In this document: piece after piece, positions 54,734-64,000 of the stretch
Position numbering within the stretch: position 1 is the first letter of the stretch
Layout: every line of letters begins with the position of its first letter
From: the human T2T-CHM13v2.0 reference genome, Homo sapiens
Reading direction: 5' to 3' (one strand)
NCBI RefSeq assembly: GCF_009914755.1
Contig: NC_060942.1
Length of the DNA: 64,000 bases
Program-made: the position numbers and the translations under genes
The notes under the pieces: generated by a model
What the model was told of the DNA's origin: nothing
The model's input: the letters and a program-made list of their open reading frames with translations, nothing else
Databases searched by the model: none

Positions 54734-55170
54734 AAAAATAAGTCAAATGTAGCAGGAAAGTTGCATGAGATAACAGCTCAAAAGTGTTCATTTGGCGGTG
54801 ACTGACGTCTGAGAGCAATTTCATGGGAATGGTAGAAATTGAAGCTAGATTTGAGAGAATGAAGCAGTGGATGGGAGATGGGGAATGTGGGCTGATTTTT
54901 AAAATACGTTTCATTGAGAAGGGATGATAAGAGAAAGGGGAGCGGTGAAGGAGGTAATACGCAGGGGAAGAGGGCATGACAATGTGAGGTCACATTGCCA
55001 TAAATGTGAGGTGTGTCATAAATGTGAGGTGTTGGAAAGAGATGGAGGATAATAGAAATAACCCAGTCCAAGAGAAAAAGAAATGAGTGGGATTAAGAGG
55101 ACTCATAGGTGAACTGGCTTGGACAGGAAGGGGACACTTATTTTCTGAATGGTGAAAGTAAGTATGTAGG

Positions 55171-55754
55171 TGTCAGGTTCACGACTGTGCCAAATGCCCA
55201 GCTTGGGGTCAGATTCCAACCCATGCTGAGGTCTGAAGGGAGTGGGTGGATGAGCAGATAGCTGAAAGAACACTTGGGGTCTTAAGCAGGTGAAATGTAG
55301 TTTTATTCAGCAGCTCTCTCATCAGCAGCTTACTCACACTAGCTCTTTCATATTGCCCGCCTTGTCTTGGCTGTCTGCTCTGGCTCAGAGGCCGGCTCCC
55401 ACCCACCGCTGCACGGCCGGCTCTCCCCTGCCTTCAGGGTCAGCAGTTTTCTTTCTCTGGTCACGAGCTGAGCTGGGCTGTGCCCTGGCTCCCCCCGTCC
55501 GTCTGCAAAATGGACAGCTTTGGCTCTCTTTCTCTGGGTGCCAGCTCAAGCACATGGACAGTGTCAGCAGGGCAATTATACCTTTATCAGACAATAGTGG
55601 CTTAGAGCCAAGTGGTGGCCTTCCCATATTATGGCTACATGCCTATGATAACAAGTGGAGTTATACACCTGTGCTCTAAACTCGCTGAGTCACACAAAAT
55701 GTAAACATCCTACCTCAGCCTATCCTTGACCAAAGCACAGCCATGTTCCTTACA
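55171..55754 (-). mobile_element. LTR18B-like (HERV-S/HERV18) solo LTR
   Basis: Minus strand starts TGTAAGGAACATGGCTGTGCTTTGGTCAAGGATAGG, ends ...CCTGACA; perfect TSD GTAGG at 55166-55170 and 55755-55759. Confidence 0.85.
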
Positions 55755-57149
55755 GTAGGCAAATTCATAGAGGTGTAGGGACAGCAGGAAATGGAGGTAG
55801 TTCATGTTCAAGGACCTCAGTTTTCTTACTGAAGTAGGAGCAAGGTCAAGGGGAATGATAAGGTGGGCATTGATAGGAGGCATAATCAGAAGGCTTTGGG
55901 GCTGAACCTCACCAAGAACACATACGAGGGTCATCAAGTTGTGACATGATCTTTAGAAGCAACATTGTTTACATGGTAGCATTGTCATGCACCAGCATCC
56001 AGGAGCCCAGGGTGTGAGAGCAGTGGAGGCAGATTGTAGGAGTGCTAGCGTTGGGGCATTAAGAGCAACCATGACAGAAAGACAGGGTTGTGAGAGATTT
56101 GTGGGAATTGTTGAGAAGTGGCCCAGGTGCCTTATGGTCTGCACTAAATAAGGAAGTACAGGGGCCAGAAAAGGGCCAATCGTGGGAAAAAATGAAGGGG
56201 CAGAAAACGAAGGAATTAGAGTCGTAGCAGGCTTAGTGGGAGGAAAGGCAGGACAAATTCTTACATCTCCTCTTAAACCTGCCCCAATCTGGCTTCCATT
56301 TCAGCTTCTGCCATGAAGCTGCTCTGGTCAAAATCATCCACCTCTCCTGTTGTTAAATCCTAAAACACTTGCCTATACTCAACTTACTCAACCTAGCAGC
56401 ATCATTCAATACAGCTGCTCACTCCCTCCTTGTAAACACGTTCATGTTACCTCTGTAAAATCGGAGTCCACTCTTTCTTCTCTATGACTACCTACCTGCC
56501 CCATCTTGGTCATCTTTTTGAATCTTCTTTGATACCTCTATGGTCACTAGACCTTGGGATGCACCAAGGCTTAATCCTGGACTTTCTATTCCTTGACAAC
56601 TCCCTTTCCCTACATTATCATTCAGAGCAAGGCGTTAGGGATTCTTTGCATACTCATACCCTTACATTTTAGTGCAGCACAAATTATTAATACTTCCCTG
56701 GGCTATAAATTCTTGTATCCAATTGCCTACCTGACATCTCTACTTCAGCGTAGAGAAGGACCTGTCCAGAACAGAACTCCATTTCCAACCTCCATGTGTT
56801 CCTAACAGTAGTTGGAAAAAATCTTTTAAATTCTTTATTAGAGTTAACAGTATAATTAGAGTTAACAATATGTTTGTTTTACTTTAAATCCTCCAGGTTT
56901 AGCTTATGTAAGATAAATGCCTTTTTAAAAATTGGTTCCAATTAGGTCTTAAGCACAGCTTGTGTGGGTCTCTTTAACAGCAGCTCTAGGCTCTTTTCCA
57001 TCTTTCTGCACTCACTCACTCACCTCTTTCTGGAATGAAGGAGGCTAGCTAGAGAGATGAAGGAATGCCTACCCCGATAATCTGAATGTTTCCACTCCAA
57101 CTGTCATGATATTATAGTGTATTATACTATGAGCGCTCCGCTTCTTTTG

Positions 57150-57151
<2 letters not shown>

Positions 57152-57185
<34 letters not shown>
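57152..57185. repeat. (TG)n microsatellite
   Basis: About 17 uninterrupted TG units. Confidence 0.95.
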
Positions 57186-57186
<1 letters not shown>

Positions 57187-57343
57187 GTGTTGCTTCCAAA
57201 ATAAAGCACACCTGTTGCTTTCTTTTCTAATCTGGTATTTTGCATTATTATTACCTAAAATTTAGTCTCTGAATTTGGTGGGGTTATAGTCAGAGACAAG
57301 AGAGTACAAGGACAATGGGATTATTTCCTGATCAGGTATCCTT

Positions 57344-57765
57344 TTTTTTTTTTAATATTATACTTTAAGTTCTAGGGTATATGTGCACAACGTGCAGGTT
57401 TGTTACATATGTATATATGTAACATGTATATATGTGCCACCCATATGTATATACATGTATACATGTGCCACCCATTAACTCGTCATTTGCATTAGGTATA
57501 TCTCCTAATACTATCCCTCCCCCTCCCCCCACCCCATGACAGGCCTTGCTATGTGATGTTCCCCATCCTGTGTCCAAGTATTCTCATTGTTCAGTTTCCA
57601 CCTATGAGGGAGAACATGTGGTGTTTGGTTTTCTGTCCTTGCAACAGTTTGCTCAGAATGATGGTTTCCGGCTTCATCAATGTCCCTACAAAGGACATGA
57701 ACTCATCCTTTTTTATGGCTGCATAGTATTCCATGGTGTATATGTGCACATTTTCTTAATCCAGT
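57344..57765 (-). mobile_element. 5'-truncated L1PA (L1PA5-like) 3' end
   Basis: TTATACTTTAAGTTCTAGGGTA...CATTAGGTATATCTCCTAAT...GCTCAGAATGATGG; 16-bp TSD CTGATCAGGTATCCTT at 57328-57343 and 57766-57781. Confidence 0.93.
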
Positions 57766-58319
57766 CTGATCAGGTATCCTTACCTGACATTAAATAATTC
57801 TATGACTTCTGACTTCAGAAACACAAAACATGTATTAGATTCATATATTTACCAAATTTGCTAAGTGCCTACTAGATACCAGGTACTAGACATGCTTGAT
57901 TTTATCAAGAAATAATTAAACATATGGACTTAGATACCAAGAAAATCTAAAGTGTATTTAAAAACAGTTTGCTTTTTATTTTTTGAGGAAGTATATTTAA
58001 AAAAAAAAAACTGTGGCTTCCCAAGTAAATGCCTGTGGAAAAACAAGAAATGATTTATCAGCAAGTAAGCTGGGAAACCCACAGAAAAGGTCAACTTAAA
58101 GCTATTCATGTATTCTTTAATGTTTAGTGATTTAGAAAATATTCAAAGTTAGGGTATACTTTTTATTAACTGATTATTTTGTATTGTTTAGTCATTCTTG
58201 TTTGTTTCATATATTTTCGTATATTTTCTTGTATTTTTTGGTCATTGTTATCAGATGGTTAAAAATGCTTTTTTTCTTTTTTTCTCAGCTAGCCCTGGTT
58301 AATTGTTTAATAGAATTTA

Positions 58320-58688
<369 letters not shown>

Positions 58689-59771
58689 CTATGTCAGAAT
58701 TTCTGTGCAAGAAAAATAAACATTTAAAAAATGAATAGGTAACAGATTGGCTCATTCTTTGAATCATCATGAGAGGACAAAATTCAGAAATAAAAGACTG
58801 AGTTGACCTATTTACATGTGAATAATTTGGATGGGAATGAATCAAAGGGACATGATTATCAGAACTCTCTTGGGAGCCTGCGCTCTTGATAAAATGTGTG
58901 TGAGAAAAGCCAGAATTCAGAGTGGAACTGGCTCTTTATGAAGTTTATATGTATGAGTCTTTTGAAAAGCTAAATTAACTAGTTTTATACTGAGTCATAA
59001 AATAAAGGTGAGGTTATTCACGTTAGTGAAGTAAATTTAAACTCAAATTCCTTAAAAATATTATGAGTACATTGATACTACCAAACTGTTATGCCCTTGG
59101 GCAGGGGGCTAAAATTCTGAAGGCATCAGTACTCTCAATATTCCTATTGTTTGAATGGTTGAATTAGCTTCTTGATATGGTAATTTTAGGTTTGTGAGAC
59201 TCATTCCAGTATGAAGTGTATGAAAATGTTAAAACTATATTACTTACGATTGCCAAGATAAATTCATGTGTGTGTGATCACCTAAATGGCAGTAAAATAC
59301 GCTGGCCAAGTGTAATTATTTCTACTTTGGCAGCATTTTACTGTAAAAAGTGGTCAAATAAATCACTGCCTACAGTTCTCATTGACACTTTGGGGGAAAA
59401 AAGACAAGTCTCTTTATTGCAATTGATATTCTACTTCTTTGGATGAAATATTTCCAACACTACCAAGTACTCTGTGATAAAAATTCTGAGAAAACCTTAT
59501 TAGTTCATTTAAAGATCAATCCATTTTTCAAATTTATAGAGTATCCATATGTTTAACAATAGATTTAGAACAAAATAAATAAGCCTTAACCACCAAACAA
59601 ACCTTCATATATTGTTACTTAAAATCTGAGAAATAGTTATCTCATCTTTTTATTCCACTCTCTTGTTCGGCCCACTGTCAGTGTACAGATTTAGCCCTGC
59701 TTCTTGAGCTGAGGTTAGAATTTAAAATTTTAAACTGAACTTGCAGGTATCATAAATATATTCTTTTTTAA

Positions 59772-60134
<363 letters not shown>

Positions 60135-60164
60135 CATTTCTCTTTTCAGAGATAACCACATGCA

Positions 60165-60650
60165 ATTTGTTGTATAAGAAATTACCACAAATTTAGCAGC
60201 TTCAAACAGCACCTAGTTATGATCTCAGTGCTGGAGGTCAGACATTCTGGTGGGCCTGGCTGATTTCCCTGCCCACGGGCTCACAAGGCTGAAATGAAGG
60301 TTCTCAGCAGGGCCCGGGGTCCTCTTCCAACCTCAGAATCTTAGCAGAATTCATTTCCTTCATGTGTTTTCCACGTGGCTCCTTTCATCTTCAAGCCAGC
60401 GAGGTTCGAATCTTTCACCGGCTTTACATGTTCCCCATCTTCTGCATTTCTTCAAATTCCTCTTCTGTCCTCAGCAGGGATAAAGCTCCGCTTTTAAAGG
60501 CTGGTATGATGACATTCGGCCTACTTGAATAATCCAGGATAATCTCACTATAAGTTGACTTGTTGGTAACCTAAATGAAATCTTTTGTCATGTAACTCAT
60601 GGTAGTGACACCCAGGATGAAGGCTGGAAGCCAGAAACCTGCCTACCCAA
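60165..60650 (-). mobile_element. MLT1 (D/E-like) MaLR LTR
   Basis: ATTACCACAAATTTAGCAGCTTCAAACA...CTCACAAGGCTGAAAT...CATCTTCAAGCCAGC...ATAATCCAGGATAATCTC. Confidence 0.7.
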
Positions 60651-61516
60651 CTATGGCTGTCAGTTTGGTGCTTTCATATTTATTCATATTTTGGAGTCAA
60701 ATATGCAGCTATTTTTTATGAATTGTTCATGGATACTTAACAAGAATGTTGTCTTCACTGTTTTCTGAATTTTATAAATATGTTAGATATAACTTACTGT
60801 TATTTAAATTGTTTAAATGTTGACTTCCCCCATATATAAAGATAGTTTATTTCTAAATTCAATACCTAATGTTATACTAATATGACATGGATATTATGAA
60901 TACAGATATATCTGTCAAAATGAAATATAAAAGGAAAACATAAATCTAATAGGACTAAACATATTTTCTACATTTAGTAAAAAATAACGATGACATCTTT
61001 TCTTCTATGATGCAGAAGAATATTTTTTTCTCTTTCCATCTCCCTTTCTAATAATACTTTTCTGAACTGCTTGCAGCCTTTAGGATATTCCCCTTTTATG
61101 TGGTGGTAAAACTGAATATAGCCAAATGTAAAATTCTCCCTGACTTGCAGCTCTGCTCTTCTCAAGCCCACATTACGCTGGTTTCTAGTGTCAGTCCAAT
61201 GGAATGACATTAACCCAAATATCCTCTCAACAAAGTGTTTGAGCATAGAATAGTTAAGTTTACTTACCAGCAACAGCAAGTTTTTAGATTTGTAGGATTT
61301 GTTTTTATCTATTTGCTTTAGACTGACAGTATGCATTTCCTACTACTAGTTTGTATCTGTCTCTTGTGTCTCCTGTGTTTTTTTCATTAGAGATGTTGGG
61401 GCCAAGCTGCTTGGAGTATAGGTATTCCTAAATTATCTTCATTGTGAATACCACCTTTAAACATTTTGAAGTACCTGTTTGTCGTTGTAATTTTTTTGAT
61501 CTTTTAAGTTTTTGGT

Positions 61517-62230
<714 letters not shown>

Positions 62231-62296
62231 GGGTTTCATTTCTTACCCCTCTTTTTTATGGCCAACCTTTTCAGTTCTGTTTAGATTTTTAAAAAA

Positions 62297-62306
62297 ATAC
62301 ATATAC

Positions 62307-62353
<47 letters not shown>

Positions 62354-62378
62354 TATACACATATACATATATATATAC
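62297..62378. repeat. (TA)n/(TACA)n compound microsatellite
   Basis: Direct reading. Confidence 0.9.
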
Positions 62379-63289
62379 TGTTTTTGTTTAGTGATCAATT
62401 ATTTCTTAAATTGTTGAGTTTAGCTCATTTATAGTTGTTGATATGATAGATATACTTGGTCTTAGTTCTCTTATGTTACATTCATATATTTTCTGGTTTT
62501 ATACATGTTAAAAAGCATTTTACAATGAGATCTCTGTTTCCTTCTGTTTTCGATGTGTGTGTGTGTGTGTGTGTGTATGTGTGCGCACACATGTGTGAAT
62601 TGTATAGCAGTTCTGATAAGATTTGTATTTCTCTGGTTTCATTCTAGAGGCCATTACACTTTAAATTCCTCACAAAATGTTTGGCTATAGATTGTTCTGT
62701 TCTTTGGCAACATTTTTATTTATTTACTTTTGTTGTTACTCATCTGATAATGAGTTTTACTGGTGCCTTCTCTCTCATTTATTGCATTGTCACATTGGTT
62801 CCCTGCCCGTTCCTTTTATTTATTTTGCTTGATTTTGAATAAGTTGGGCTTTCCTGGACCACCCAAGGAAAGCAAGTTTCCTGTGGGGTATTAGACTAGT
62901 GCAGAATTTCATTCCTGGTGCTTTTCTTTTCCTCTGCATTGGAAATTATGACTTATTTGTAGCCATATCTCACCTGGTTTTTGAAACAAAGCTGTGTCCT
63001 ATGGAGCTTGTTTCAGCAGCTTAGCTTAACCAGTTTCTCACAACTGTGTCGCCAAAAAAGGGATACACCTTTTGCCCTGAACATCTGTCCTGCGTTTTTG
63101 GAAGTGTCGTGTTTCTCGTGCTCTCTGAGCTATGCTGTCCTCTGCGTTGCTCTGGTTCTAGCTCAGGATTGTTTTTTCCCAGTTCTTACAAGAAGAAATG
63201 AAGATGCTTGCTGATTTATGGGCTCTGCTTATATTGGGAATTTGGGTAGGGGAAGGGAAGGCCTCTGGAAGTTTAAAAATTTTGGATAT

Positions 63290-64000
63290 TCGTGCATTGT
63301 ATGTGTTACATTTTGCAAACACTTTCTTCCAGACTAGGCTTTTCTTTTGCAGTAGAGATTAAAGTTTTTATGTAGGCCCATTTATCCATTTTTTTCCCTT
63401 ATTGCTCCTCTGCTTTGCATCTTATTTAAGAAAGGTTCCCACCTCCCTTTAAGGTTATAAACAATTCTGTTTTTTTCCACGCTACCAGAATTTTGTTTTT
63501 CACACTGAGTCCTTTAGTGCATCGAGGATTGATGTCTGTTATTAATGTGATGCAGAGATCTAACCTTACTTTTATTAAAGAAAAATTTATAGCCAATTGT
63601 TCCAACACAGTGTGGGCAAATTGAATAGTATATCCTTTCCCACTGCTTTGAAATGCCACCTTTTAATATTTTCAGCTCTAAATAATTGGGATTGTTTCTG
63701 AATACTTTGTTTTGTTTCACTGATCTATTTATCATCTCTGGAACCTTTACTCACACTGTTTAATTTCCTACAGTGTTGTATAATACCAAGCAAGCATTAA
63801 TTTATTCTTTTTCAAGATTTCTTTGCTATTCATGTTGCTTTTCTCTTTTACGTGACTTTTAGGATCAAGTTTTCAAGTTCTGTGAAGTTCTAAGAAATTA
63901 AAGTATTAATTGAAGTTTCATTGAATATATAAATTAAGGAAAATTACCAGCAATTTTGGCATTAAGTTTCCTTATGTAAGAATGGATTTCTCTCTCCACT
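63290..64000 (-). mobile_element. Old L1M ORF2 3' fragment
   Basis: CAATTGTTCCAACAC...TTGAATAG..TATCCTTTCCCACTG..TTGAAATGCCACCTTT, and TTTTGTTTCACTGATCTATTT. Confidence 0.65.

Overview
Primate (catarrhine, human-like) genomic DNA, rich in repeats, with no recognisable protein-coding gene. Nearly all ORFs in the track come from Alu, L1, LTR or simple repeats. It has two CpG-island-like promoter candidates (~130-1260 and ~40930-41470); the first holds a 23 x 11-bp minisatellite carrying 19 metal-response-element cores. A ~1 kb GT-rich VNTR lies at 5937-6966. A near full-length old L1PA (17767-27458) contains a complete THE1 element, which in turn contains an HERV-K(HML-2) LTR5A solo LTR, plus three Alus. 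Other features are a convergent CTCF motif pair, a 7SL retropseudogene, an LTR18 solo LTR, a ~200 bp orphan polyadenylated retro-insertion and closely spaced inverted Alus. The most notable signal is a heavily decayed minus-strand Ty3/Gypsy retrotransposon fossil (~48900-53950): PNMA-like Gag, Zn knuckle, protease, RT thumb, RNase H and integrase in collinear order, split by later ERVL, MLT2, MER58 and MLT1 insertions. Subfamily calls come from remembered consensus motifs, not from a search, and the locus was not identified.
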